IMG/VR virus record: IMGVR_UViG_3300048837_000549
Location: 1-64,000 of that record
Length of the DNA: 64,000 nucleotides
Strand: one strand, 5' to 3'
DNA from: a virus
A program made the position numbers and the translations under genes. The notes under the pieces are model-generated. The model was not told the origin of the DNA and did not search any database. It saw nothing but the letters and a program-made list of their open reading frames with translations. Of the stretch, positions 1 through 9,679 are shown in pieces; position 1 is the stretch's first letter, and every line of letters starts with the position of its first letter.

Positions 1-38
1 TTATATGAAAACAATTCTCTAAATATTTTGCTTTAAAA

Positions 39-407
39 ATGAAAGAATATTATGAGTCAAATAAAATTATATCTAAAATAGATACCTATACAATCATGCA
101 TTCTATTTTAAATGATAGTACTCTATTCTCACAGTATAAAACTAATGATAGAGGGTGGAACTTTATTAATATAAATAATCCTGCTAATTATTGTAAACAA
201 TATGATTTTATAAATAATAAATCTCATATTAAATTTAATCATAAAAATACGATTTTATCTATCATTGTAGATTTATTTAATAAACTATATTATACTATTT
301 TTAATAATTTTATTATAAGTGATTTTTTTATAAGATTAAAGAAAGAATTTTATGTAAAAAATGACTTTTTAATGTTTGAGCAAGAGTATTTGATTGACGT
401 TGGTTAA
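39..407 (+). CDS. hypothetical protein (probably the 3' part of a gene starting before the window)
   Basis: ORF track; no recognisable motif. Confidence 0.4.
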   Translation: MKEYYESNKIISKIDTYTIMHSILNDSTLFSQYKTNDRGWNFININNPANYCKQYDFINNKSHIKFNHKNTILSIIVDLFNKLYYTIFNNFIISDFFIRLKKEFYVKNDFLMFEQEYLIDVG

Positions 408-509
408 CTTTTAACCTTTAAACTAAGAATAAAAGTTTTAAAAACATGAAATTTTATTTATACTAAAATAAAAGAATAGTAGGACTATGTATACTAAAGG
501 AGAAATAAA

Positions 510-2630
510 TTGTTAACACAAGAACAAAAGCTAATAGTAGAATCAAACGATAAGAACATCTTAATTCTTTCAAATGCCGGTACCGGTAAGACATTTACAG
601 TAGTTGAGAAATTAAAACATCTTATAAATATAGATAAAATAAATCCAGAAAGAATACTTCTTACTTCTTTTTCAAGAGTAGCCGCAAGTGAATTATATGA
701 GAAGACAAAAGAAAAGATAGGTGAGGCACTTGCAAGTAAAATCACCATAGGAACAATACACGCTATTTGTTATAAAGTAGTTTTAGAAAATTTAGATAAA
801 TTAAATATGAAAGCTATAAACATTGTTACAGAAGCATATCTCTCTGGTATTGTATTTAATAGAAATCCTAAATTATTCTCTTCAAGAAAAGAAGCAGTTA
901 AAATTACTTCAATGTATAGAAGATATCTTTTGACAAAACAATACCCTGCCTCAGCAGATATGAGAGAATTTAATGCAGTAGCGGAAGCACAAGAGTTAAT
1001 GGAAGCAGAAGGAAAAATTCTATTTGATGATCTTATGATAAAGACTGTTGATATTTTTAAAAAATATCCAGAGATACATACAAAATGGAAAAATAAATTT
1101 GATGTAACTATTACAGATGAAGCACAGGACACTTCTCAAATTCAATGGGATATATTATACTTACTTTTAAACGAGAACAGTCGTACGATTGTCGTAGGCG
1201 ATCCTAAGCAAACACTATACTCTTTTAGGGGCTGCGACCACTCTTTTATGAATGACTACAGAATTAAAATGAAAGCTAAAATATTTACGTTATCAGAAAC
1301 ATTTAGATTCGGACAAGAGTTTGCTGATATGTCAAATAAGATAATAGAAAATTTAAATATAGATATGGACTACAAAAAAGAAACAGTGACCAATGTCAAT
1401 TGTACAAATACACCACATCTTCATCATATATATACGGAGGATCAACCTACTCATGTAATTGAGGATATAAATAAAAAATTGACAGAGGGTTTTCAATATA
1501 AGGATTGTAACATAGTTTATCGCTATAATAAAGAATCAGTTCCTTTTATGAAAAAGCTTATTGAAGCAGGAATACCATTTGAAACTAAATCAGGTGATGT
1601 GTTTGAAAGAATAGAATTAAGATTTATTTTAAAATGTTATTCTCTTATTAAAAACTTTAATATATCTGATACAATAGAATTATTCTCAATGTATCCTAAT
1701 TTTATTGGTGATAAGACTATGACAAGTCTATTTAATTCAGTAACAGATAATCATTCAATATTATCAGTGTTAGAAGAAGCTACAAAAGGAAAAATAGATG
1801 GAGTTGGTTTTAAGAAGTTAGAATCACTCAGAGATATGAAAGATAGAATAAGTATATTAAATAAATATATTCATGCTACAGAATCAAGAGTAAACTTCCA
1901 AGAAATTTCTAGAATTATGAATATGGACGAAACTAAGTTTATGCTTAAAGAACTTGAAGATATGGATAATCCATCAGAAGATAGATTTGAATTCCTAGAA
2001 TTCTTTCAAGAGAATTTTGAAAAGTCAGAATTTAGTAGTCCATTAGACTGGTTTAATGATGTAAGTATAAATGGACATAAAGTAAAAGAGACTGAGAAGA
2101 ATAAAGTACAACTTAAAACAGTACATGGCTGTAAAGGACAATCATTACCTATTGTTTATCTTATAGCAAATAGAATATGTGATACTAGATTTATAAATAC
2201 AGAGGAAGCAATAGAACAAGAAAAATTTGTTTGGTATGTTGCAACAACTCGAGCTGAAAAACATATGGAGATATACATATCTGATCCTAAAAGATTTAAA
2301 TTCAATTTTATATTTCCTAAAGAATGGATTGATAAATTTTTACAAGATGTAGAACAAGAACAAACAAATGAAAAGGGAGAATTTGAAATATCGTCGAATA
2401 CCTTAAAACAATTACAAGAAAACTACAGAGCAAAGAAGAGAACTTATAAATCAGTTCTAAATACAGAATGTGTAGCAATTGCCACTACGGACAGGGCTAT
2501 ACAATTTCAACAAGGGACTACTAAGATATGGCTTCCAATTAGTACATTAGGATATGGAGATAGTAGATTCTTTTTAGATGAATGGATTATAAAGAAAAAT
2601 AGCTATCAAAAGTTTGTTGAGAAGTATTAG
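510..2630 (+). CDS. UvrD/PcrA-like superfamily 1 DNA helicase
   Basis: Walker A SNAGTGKT, TDEAQD, VGDPKQTLYSFRG, TVHGCKG, YVATTRAE; TTG start after AGGAG. Confidence 0.93.
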   Translation: MLTQEQKLIVESNDKNILILSNAGTGKTFTVVEKLKHLINIDKINPERILLTSFSRVAASELYEKTKEKIGEALASKITIGTIHAICYKVVLENLDKLNMKAINIVTEAYLSGIVFNRNPKLFSSRKEAVKITSMYRRYLLTKQYPASADMREFNAVAEAQELMEAEGKILFDDLMIKTVDIFKKYPEIHTKWKNKFDVTITDEAQDTSQIQWDILYLLLNENSRTIVVGDPKQTLYSFRGCDHSFMNDYRIKMKAKIFTLSETFRFGQEFADMSNKIIENLNIDMDYKKETVTNVNCTNTPHLHHIYTEDQPTHVIEDINKKLTEGFQYKDCNIVYRYNKESVPFMKKLIEAGIPFETKSGDVFERIELRFILKCYSLIKNFNISDTIELFSMYPNFIGDKTMTSLFNSVTDNHSILSVLEEATKGKIDGVGFKKLESLRDMKDRISILNKYIHATESRVNFQEISRIMNMDETKFMLKELEDMDNPSEDRFEFLEFFQENFEKSEFSSPLDWFNDVSINGHKVKETEKNKVQLKTVHGCKGQSLPIVYLIANRICDTRFINTEEAIEQEKFVWYVATTRAEKHMEIYISDPKRFKFNFIFPKEWIDKFLQDVEQEQTNEKGEFEISSNTLKQLQENYRAKKRTYKSVLNTECVAIATTDRAIQFQQGTTKIWLPISTLGYGDSRFFLDEWIIKKNSYQKFVEKY

Positions 2631-2680
2631 AAATTTTTATTACTAATAATAAAAATATTAGGGATAGGAGACAAATAATT

Positions 2681-3181
2681 ATGGCACAAGTAGCTCACCA
2701 GTATAGATTAACAGATTCAGTAGAATATGACTCATTACAAATAGCAGGGGTAACTCTAACAAAGGATTGGTTCTCGTTTGTAAATGTAAAAGAAGAATTA
2801 CAAGCTTTTTTAAAATCAACTACAAATACAGAAGGTATGGTTGATTATCAAAAAGTAAATGTAGAATCAAAAGAAGTTCTCTATAAGACAATACCTAATC
2901 CTTTAGATATGCCAATATTTGAAAGAAATGTTCTATTTTCAATGATAAGATCAGAACTCTGTGAAATATGTAAAGAATATGGAATTGTTACTACAAATAA
3001 AACAAATCAATTTCTAGTAAAAGAGATTATCGAGAAACAAGAAAATATTGAAGCAGCTAAAATAGAACAGTCTAAAGAAATTATACCTTCTGAAACTACT
3101 AATAAAATAGAAGATAATACTGTAGCTGTGGAACCAGAAGTAAAAGCTAAAAGTGTATTTGATATATTGAAAAAGAAATAG
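2681..3181 (+). CDS. hypothetical late protein with possible HeH/Rho-N-like helical motif
   Basis: RSELCEICKEYGI...LVKEI pattern; GGAG RBS; TACTAATAAT upstream. Confidence 0.45.
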   Translation: MAQVAHQYRLTDSVEYDSLQIAGVTLTKDWFSFVNVKEELQAFLKSTTNTEGMVDYQKVNVESKEVLYKTIPNPLDMPIFERNVLFSMIRSELCEICKEYGIVTTNKTNQFLVKEIIEKQENIEAAKIEQSKEIIPSETTNKIEDNTVAVEPEVKAKSVFDILKKK

Positions 3182-3191
3182 GTGATTAAAA

Positions 3192-3482
3192 ATGAAAAGA
3201 TACGTTAGATTTGAAGAAAGCTTATCAGATAAAGAAAAAAAATATTTAGATAATCTGAGAGCAAAAATGAAGAAGCAACTTGATGGATCTACTACTGATT
3301 TCGCTATGGATTTTATTCATAATTATTGCGTGAAAAATAAAAGGAAATTAAGATCTCTAGGAGATGATTTAAGAGACGATGTACAAATAGCTTATAATTA
3401 TCTAGCTTATGGCCTTGATAGATCCTTTATAGATAGGGGGAATGTTTTTAATCAAGATGGGTTTTTTAACTTAAAGAAATAG
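3192..3482 (+). CDS. MKRY-tagged putative internal head protein
   Basis: N-terminus MKRYVRFEES. Confidence 0.6.
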   Translation: MKRYVRFEESLSDKEKKYLDNLRAKMKKQLDGSTTDFAMDFIHNYCVKNKRKLRSLGDDLRDDVQIAYNYLAYGLDRSFIDRGNVFNQDGFFNLKK

Positions 3483-3492
3483 AGGCAATAAT

Positions 3493-3885
3493 ATGGTACA
3501 AGATTTTTTAGAAACCTTTGTATATGAATCAGGAATAAAAGCGTCTATAATCAAACAAGTTTATAAAGATGCCTATAATGAATCTAAATTTCTTAATAAA
3601 GAGAATGATCTATCTTTTATTAAAGAGACTATGGAGACTATTCTTGATATAACAGAAGGTTCTAAAACTTGTGCAGAAAAATTCATTCTAAGTAAATATA
3701 TAAGTTTCGATAAATATGTAGAAGACTTAATAGATTGTGATTTAACAGAAGATTTAATGAGTACTAGTTTTTCTCCTTCAGTAAAACCAGAAGTAGGGCC
3801 AGATGCAAAAGTATTAGATGTGGGACCTAGCGATGAAGATACCGAAGAGAATAAAGAAAATAAGAAACAGCAAGAGTTGATATAA
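3493..3885 (+). CDS. hypothetical acidic protein
   Basis: ORF with GAGG RBS, in an operon. Confidence 0.55.
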   Translation: MVQDFLETFVYESGIKASIIKQVYKDAYNESKFLNKENDLSFIKETMETILDITEGSKTCAEKFILSKYISFDKYVEDLIDCDLTEDLMSTSFSPSVKPEVGPDAKVLDVGPSDEDTEENKENKKQQELI

Positions 3886-3886
3886 G

Positions 3887-4909
3887 ATGTCGGAAAGATA
3901 TTACCAAACAGATAGTCACTACCCTTATGCTATTTACGCAATAGTAGAGAGAGTCCTTGTATATTTTGCAGAGATAATATATCCTGACGAAACTTCAACT
4001 GATGCCCGTAAACGTATAATAATGGCAAACTTTGACGATGATGCCGCCTCTATAAGAAAAGGTATAGATGCGTTTAAAAATTCCAATGGAACTTTCCCTT
4101 GTACTTTTTATAATATCGGTGACGATGAACCTGTGATGGAAAGATCAAATTTACAAAGAAATGGTAATTTCTACTCAGAATTAGTTCAATCATATTTAAG
4201 ATACATACCTATGAAACTTACATTCCCTATGGTAACTTATTATACAACTCCTTTTGACTTTTGGAGAGGTATGACTATGTTTGCTGAAGATGAAGCTGAC
4301 ATGACAAGACTTGATGTTCCTGTTACCATCAATGGAGTATTAACTTATTTTGTAATTGATCTTGAATACACAACTGAAAGAGGTAGTCTAGCCTGGGATA
4401 TAGAGCAGCAATTTGGAGTAGGTAAATTATACCCTGTAATTCACACAGTGGATATCAAAGGAGCATATATTACTTTAAATACAGAAAGAGATGAACTAAC
4501 TCAAGCTATAAAAACAGGGAAACTTGTATATCATGTCGATGACATAATTTTTAAGCTTTCTGAATTAGAAAGTAATAAATTAGTTTCAACTACGCATTCT
4601 CCCGATAATCCTATTGTAGTTTCTTCTACTCCAATAAATAATGCAACAAGTGTTTTAAGAAATTCAAATATAGTTCTTACCTTTAATGTAGCTATGAATG
4701 AAAATTCAGTAATATCAAATATGGATATAGTACCTGCTATTGATTGTGATATGAGTTTTGATATTACATCTAAGATTCTTACTATAAATCCAAGAGATGA
4801 TTTAGCAAGTTCTACTCTATACAATATACTAATAAACACGAATGCAAAATCAGGAGATTTACAAAATTTAGAATCCGAATATAATTTAACATTTACAACA
4901 GAGGTATAA
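3887..4909 (+). CDS. virion structural protein (tail-completion-like N-terminus, C-terminal Ig-like Big_5 domain)
   Basis: C-terminal P.VVSSTP.NNAT.V...IVLTFN..M...L.INP...L...T.Y.I.I...FTT is the Big_5 pattern; the tail-completion part is inference. Confidence 0.6.
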   Translation: MSERYYQTDSHYPYAIYAIVERVLVYFAEIIYPDETSTDARKRIIMANFDDDAASIRKGIDAFKNSNGTFPCTFYNIGDDEPVMERSNLQRNGNFYSELVQSYLRYIPMKLTFPMVTYYTTPFDFWRGMTMFAEDEADMTRLDVPVTINGVLTYFVIDLEYTTERGSLAWDIEQQFGVGKLYPVIHTVDIKGAYITLNTERDELTQAIKTGKLVYHVDDIIFKLSELESNKLVSTTHSPDNPIVVSSTPINNATSVLRNSNIVLTFNVAMNENSVISNMDIVPAIDCDMSFDITSKILTINPRDDLASSTLYNILINTNAKSGDLQNLESEYNLTFTTEV

Positions 4910-4912
4910 AAA

Positions 4913-5218
4913 ATGAAGAGATACAAACCACATTTTCAAGAATCAACCATAGATTCTATTTTAGCATATAAAGTTATAACTAATGCTTTAAGTGATAAAA
5001 CAGATAAAACTAATATTAAAGACATAATTTTTTTCTATGATAAGAAAGATAAAATATTATTAAAAAATAAGTTTGAATCAGGTTCTATTAACAAAGATTC
5101 TATAGAGAGTAAGGCATATACTACTTATATGCCTGGAGTTAAGTTAAAAGATTTTAGTGATTGGTTAGAGGAACAAGGAGCTAAAAAAGTAGTTACAATT
5201 CAACAATATAGAAAATAA
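4913..5218 (+). CDS. MKRY-tagged putative internal head protein
   Basis: N-terminus MKRYKPHFQES. Confidence 0.6.
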   Translation: MKRYKPHFQESTIDSILAYKVITNALSDKTDKTNIKDIIFFYDKKDKILLKNKFESGSINKDSIESKAYTTYMPGVKLKDFSDWLEEQGAKKVVTIQQYRK

Positions 5219-5757
5219 TGCATAATTCAATAGTCGATCAAATATCAGAAAAACTTAGCCCAGTTATAAGAAAATTGAATGATTTTCACATTACTACCCT
5301 ACTTGGTACTGAGTGTAAAATATTAAGAATAACTAAAACAGTTCCAGATGTAATGGGAGAAACTCAAGAATCAGTAGCAACCTATGTACTTGACAATGTA
5401 ATTATAAAACATCCTTATGCTTCTAACGTTCAAATGTTTGAAAGCTATTCAGATATACAAAAACAAGTGAATACAGGTAGTCTCGACATTTGGGACGTAT
5501 TACCGATTGAGATGAAAGTCCCTCTATCAGGTAATATAGAAACTGAATCAGTGGCAATAAAAAGGGGTGATATAATAGTTGAAATTATTAAAGATGAAAA
5601 TGGAAATAAGATTCCTTTAGTAATGGAATGTACAAAACTATTTGGTAGTTTATTCATTAAGAACGTAGTCAATAAAAAATATGAACTTACATTATATAGG
5701 GGGATATTATCAAGTAGTATTAGAGAAGCAGTAAATACATTTGTAAATGAGAATTAG
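5218..5757 (+). CDS. putative head-closure/neck protein
   Basis: Size, beta-rich profile with an IKRGDII motif, structural context; inference. Confidence 0.4.
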   Translation: MHNSIVDQISEKLSPVIRKLNDFHITTLLGTECKILRITKTVPDVMGETQESVATYVLDNVIIKHPYASNVQMFESYSDIQKQVNTGSLDIWDVLPIEMKVPLSGNIETESVAIKRGDIIVEIIKDENGNKIPLVMECTKLFGSLFIKNVVNKKYELTLYRGILSSSIREAVNTFVNEN

Positions 5758-5768
5758 AGAGGGTAATA

Positions 5769-6092
5769 ATGAAAAGGTATAAACCATTTAAGTTTAGTGA
5801 ATCAACCCTTGTATTATGGGAGAAGTATAAACTTGGATTCATAGATAAAAATAATAACCCCATATATACAGATAGTCAAGTAACTACAGGTAGAAATATC
5901 TATCAAATATATCCAGATAGTAAATTCCAAGGGTATAAAGCTATAACTATAGATGGACATGGTCCTAGAGACACTATGATTGCGTCTAATCTATTTAAAT
6001 TATTTGGTGATGATATAGAAGTTTTAAGTAAAAAGGTAAAATTAAATAAAGATACAATTGAATACATAAATAATGTTTCACAATCTAAATAA
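5769..6092 (+). CDS. MKRY-tagged protein (YopX-like motif)
   Basis: MKRYKPFKFSES; LGFIDKNNNPIY..D resembles YopX G..DKNG..IY..D. Confidence 0.5.
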   Translation: MKRYKPFKFSESTLVLWEKYKLGFIDKNNNPIYTDSQVTTGRNIYQIYPDSKFQGYKAITIDGHGPRDTMIASNLFKLFGDDIEVLSKKVKLNKDTIEYINNVSQSK

Positions 6093-6102
6093 GAGGTAAA
6101 TT

Positions 6103-6390
6103 ATGAAAAGATACAAACGATTTGAAGAAGATAATATTGACGATGCTCTAAAAGGACGTCATTTTAGAGAAGTGTTTTATGACGGAATGGATAATGTGCC
6201 ATCTTTAGCTACTTATCATAAAGCTGTTAAAAAATATTGCTTCGCTGATATTTATAAAAAAGATAAAGAGCAAATAGACGCCTGGTTAAAAGATAATAGA
6301 TGGATGTTAGGTAATGGAAAAGAAATGGATGCCTACAAAGGAGCAAAACTTATTAGAAGTAGCTACGACGAGGATAATAAAAAGAAATAG
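6103..6390 (+). CDS. MKRY-tagged putative internal head protein
   Basis: MKRYKRFEED; GAGGT RBS. Confidence 0.6.
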   Translation: MKRYKRFEEDNIDDALKGRHFREVFYDGMDNVPSLATYHKAVKKYCFADIYKKDKEQIDAWLKDNRWMLGNGKEMDAYKGAKLIRSSYDEDNKKK

Positions 6391-6448
6391 TTTTTAAAAA
6401 TAAATTCTACTAATTAAAAAATGATATAAACTAAAGAGGTAAATGTAG

Positions 6449-6856
6449 ATGAGTAAATTTAAGCCGTACAAAAGTTATTTCGGAGAAACTAAAGACGTTT
6501 CAAAAAAATCTAAAAATTCAAGAATACTAGAGAGAGCAGTAAAAGAACTTTATTCTATTAAGAGATCACTTAAAAAACTTAAAGAAGAAGATGAGATTGA
6601 AGTTACTGATGTAGAAGATGCAATTGGGGCTGTAGAGGAAGTAATTACAGATGTAATCTCCGCAGTTGGTGCTTCTGATCCAGCAGTACAGGAATTGATT
6701 GATGCTTCAGCAGCTCTTGAAATGTCAGACGAATCAGATGAAGAAGAATTTGAATTTACTGAGGAAGAAGACGATGAAGAGGATGAAGAGGATTTAGAAG
6801 ACGACGATGAAGAGGAAGAGAAAAAAGAATCTGTAAAACGTAATAGAAGAAAATAA
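6449..6856 (+). CDS. highly acidic putative prohead core protein with a tag variant
   Basis: MSKFKPYKSYFGE; poly-E/D tract; own TACTAAT motif and GAGGT RBS. Confidence 0.55.
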   Translation: MSKFKPYKSYFGETKDVSKKSKNSRILERAVKELYSIKRSLKKLKEEDEIEVTDVEDAIGAVEEVITDVISAVGASDPAVQELIDASAALEMSDESDEEEFEFTEEEDDEEDEEDLEDDDEEEEKKESVKRNRRK

Positions 6857-6872
6857 TCTCTTCTATAATAGC

Positions 6873-6927
6873 AGAGGGCTCAAATCAGTAAATGAATAGT
6901 TATTTATAGAGCCCTCTATTTTATTTC
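6873..6927 (+). terminator. stem-loop, possible terminator
   Basis: AGAGGGCTC...GAGCCCTCT inverted repeat followed by ATTTTATTT. Confidence 0.5.
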
Positions 6928-6938
6928 AAAGGTTAAGA

Positions 6939-7385
6939 ATGAAAAGATATAAACCATTTAAATTTTCTGAAGAAGTAGAAGAAACTGATGGGGGTTTCTT
7001 TAAAGGTACTTTCGAAGGTAAAGCTAGATACTTTGATGTAAAGGCGGACGCGGAGAATTATGAAAAAGAAGGACAAGCTTCTGACAAAAAAGTGAATAAA
7101 GACAAACAAGATAAACAAGATGCAGAAGATAAACAAGAATTAGAAAAAGATAAAAAGATTGGCGACATATTTAAATCAAAAGATGGTAAGTCTATTGGAG
7201 TAGTTTACGATGTTAAAAAAGGTAAAGACGGAAAGAAAGACAAGAATATAGTTGCTTACTATACTATAGATGATTATAAATCTGAGGGCGATGCAATCAA
7301 AGCAGCCAAAAAGAAGATTAAAGATTCTAAGCCTTCTCTATTCCGAGACATATTTGGTTCAGACGATAATACTAAGAAAAAGTAA
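6939..7385 (+). CDS. MKRY-tagged charged protein
   Basis: MKRYKPFKFSEE; K/D-rich. Confidence 0.6.
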   Translation: MKRYKPFKFSEEVEETDGGFFKGTFEGKARYFDVKADAENYEKEGQASDKKVNKDKQDKQDAEDKQELEKDKKIGDIFKSKDGKSIGVVYDVKKGKDGKKDKNIVAYYTIDDYKSEGDAIKAAKKKIKDSKPSLFRDIFGSDDNTKKK

Positions 7386-7386
7386 A

Positions 7387-8046
7387 TTATTTTTTCTTAG
7401 TTTTAAACATATCTGAATTTTTAAAAACAACTCCCTTAATTAATCCTCCATCTGTTCCTATTACTCTTGTAAGAATTTTAATACATGCCCAAGCATGCTT
7501 ATCAAAAAATATTTTATTTAAAGGATTTGTGACTCGAGGTGGTCTTGAGGTGTAATTTCTCCCATATAATAAATTATGCTTTTTTAATAAGAACATACTT
7601 TCGTATATAAATTGCATTTGACACCCCGCTTTAATGTTCTTATTAGCTATCTGCTCTGCTGATAAAGATGGATTTTTAAACACAGGTTTCTTCAAACCCC
7701 CTGTCCTCCACTTGAAAGTAGAATTAACCCCTAGTTCAATTGAGTGTATGAGAAATGTTACGGGATAAATGTGCGTTGCAATTGAGTCTGTTTTTTTATA
7801 TGATATAGGAACCGATCTAACTAAGAATTCAATCTTCACATCTCTCCCTGTCTGTTCCCAACCCCCAGTTGATCTATTATATTCCCAATTCTTCCTCGCT
7901 ACAATCTTTACAGATTTTACATCTAGTTTAGCCCTTCTATCTTTATTATCCCCATCTTTTGATTTATAATATTTCCATGATGATTTAATTATATCAGCTA
8001 TTGTAAATCCTGTTGATTTTGTTAATCTATTTAATTGATCTGCCAT
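7387..8046 (-). CDS. basic protein with degenerate SWIM-like C-terminus
   Basis: CQMQFIY...RPPRVTNP...FDKHAW parallels the 19311 ORF. Confidence 0.5.
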   Translation of the reverse strand: MADQLNRLTKSTGFTIADIIKSSWKYYKSKDGDNKDRRAKLDVKSVKIVARKNWEYNRSTGGWEQTGRDVKIEFLVRSVPISYKKTDSIATHIYPVTFLIHSIELGVNSTFKWRTGGLKKPVFKNPSLSAEQIANKNIKAGCQMQFIYESMFLLKKHNLLYGRNYTSRPPRVTNPLNKIFFDKHAWACIKILTRVIGTDGGLIKGVVFKNSDMFKTKKK

Positions 8047-8056
8047 TTCTAATCAC

Positions 8057-8455
8057 TCAATTAAAAATTTCTTCTATTTCTTTTTTCTTTATCTTTTTAT
8101 TTGATATGATATATTCATCAAATTTTGTCTGCCATATTTCATACTTTCTATTCTTTTTAAATTTATCAATAATTTTATATATAATATCGTTTACTATTCT
8201 TCCCTCAGGTATTGATATATAGTTATTTTTATCTATAATGTATTCTATAAATATTACAGAATATCCTTTATTTTGATACTCTTTGAAAATATCAATATGT
8301 AATTGATTCCACCCCCTTTTTAATCTTAATTGTAATTTTCCTATCAACAAATTATTTTTAAAAAAACTATACGTTTTGAATTCACCCTCAAAAGATTCTT
8401 TAATATCAAAATCTCGTATAGTTTCTTCTTCAAATTTTCTAACATACTTTTTCAT
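8057..8455 (-). CDS. tagged GNAT-family acetyltransferase-like protein
   Basis: MKKYVRKFEEE; IDIFKEYQNKGYS matches the GNAT acetyl-CoA-binding motif A. Confidence 0.6.
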   Translation of the reverse strand: MKKYVRKFEEETIRDFDIKESFEGEFKTYSFFKNNLLIGKLQLRLKRGWNQLHIDIFKEYQNKGYSVIFIEYIIDKNNYISIPEGRIVNDIIYKIIDKFKKNRKYEIWQTKFDEYIISNKKIKKKEIEEIFN

Positions 8456-8874
8456 AGTTTACCTTCTATATAATCAATCAATTCTTGTGCATTTTCACTG
8501 GCATTTTTTAAATTTGTAGAATGAAGGGAAGCTTTAACATAGTTTCTATTTATTTTGTGCCATTCCCTATCTTCCCCTTCTGATGTATAGAAATCATATT
8601 CTTTATCACTCAATCTTTTATGACTATTACTTATATCCCAGAATTGCTTATTGAATTCAATAACCATATGTATATCCTGCCCCATGGTCCATGGTTGATA
8701 TTTTTGTTTGAAATGCTCTAAGGTTAGAATTAAAGCATAAGCGAATTCGTAACACCCACCAGACATATAAAAATCAATATCGTGTATTTGACTGAATTCA
8801 TCAATAGCATCAAATAAGTGATAATCTATTTCTTTTGTTGAATATGATTCATTAAATCTTTTATATCTTTTCAT
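8452..8874 (-). CDS. tagged papain/transglutaminase-like (Cys-His-Asp) protein
   Basis: MKRYKRFNES; GGCYEFAYAL...HMVIEFNKQFWDI. Confidence 0.5.
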   Translation of the reverse strand: MKRYKRFNESYSTKEIDYHLFDAIDEFSQIHDIDFYMSGGCYEFAYALILTLEHFKQKYQPWTMGQDIHMVIEFNKQFWDISNSHKRLSDKEYDFYTSEGEDREWHKINRNYVKASLHSTNLKNASENAQELIDYIEGKL

Positions 8875-8876
8875 AA

Positions 8877-9617
8877 TTAACTTCCTATCTTTACAATATT
8901 TTTAGTCAAATCTCCCTTTATATATTCATAGATATACTTTAATAATCTCTCAAATACATTTGAATCTCCATAAAATTCTTTATATAGATCATAAACCCTA
9001 CATTCATATTGTTTAAAATTTTCTCTTTTATTTATAAATTTTAAAATTTCTACATCTTCTAAATCTTGATATCTTAATTCTTCTACAATTAAACAGGCAT
9101 AAGCCATAATCTCAGGTTTTAATGAGTAATAAGCTAAATCAGTTTTATTCTTTGAAAATTGTATCAAATCCTTCTTCACGTTATTTATAGTAAATGAGAT
9201 ATACTGTCCTCTATGAACTAATTCATGAGAAATAAGTTGTTTAAAATCTTTTAGAAATTCTCTTCTTACATCTTGACTTTTAAATAACGTATCTATAGAT
9301 AAACTACATAATACTCTAATTAAAAGGGATTTTTCACCAGATTCCATTGAATTTATCCCAGACTTATATCCATTATTATAATACTCTCCTTCTGGAATAA
9401 AAACAATATTATATTTTGAATAGTGATCTGTCAATAATTTACAAATTTGATAATCATATTTTAATTTAGAATTTTGATTACCTCCTATAATATCAACCAT
9501 AATATTGTATAATTCTTTTGCATAGTTATCAGGCCTAAATACTGCTTCATTTAGAAAATGACTTTTCTGACTACTACGAAAGATCTCATCCCCCTCATAC
9601 CTTATATATCTTTTCAT
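8877..9617 (-). CDS. tagged zincin-like metallopeptidase (paralog 1)
   Basis: MKRYIRYE; SHELVHRGQ...YYSLKPEIMAYA. Confidence 0.65.
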   Translation of the reverse strand: MKRYIRYEGDEIFRSSQKSHFLNEAVFRPDNYAKELYNIMVDIIGGNQNSKLKYDYQICKLLTDHYSKYNIVFIPEGEYYNNGYKSGINSMESGEKSLLIRVLCSLSIDTLFKSQDVRREFLKDFKQLISHELVHRGQYISFTINNVKKDLIQFSKNKTDLAYYSLKPEIMAYACLIVEELRYQDLEDVEILKFINKRENFKQYECRVYDLYKEFYGDSNVFERLLKYIYEYIKGDLTKNIVKIGS

Positions 9618-9630
9618 TATTGCCTCGCCA

Positions 9631-9653
9631 TACTAATATATAAATTATTAGTA
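9631..9653. promoter_or_regulatory. divergent pair of putative late-promoter motifs
   Basis: TACTAATATA on + and TACTAATAA on - between divergent genes 9617(-) and 9680(+). Confidence 0.65.
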
Positions 9654-9679
9654 AAAATCAAGGAGAATTGTAAATAATA

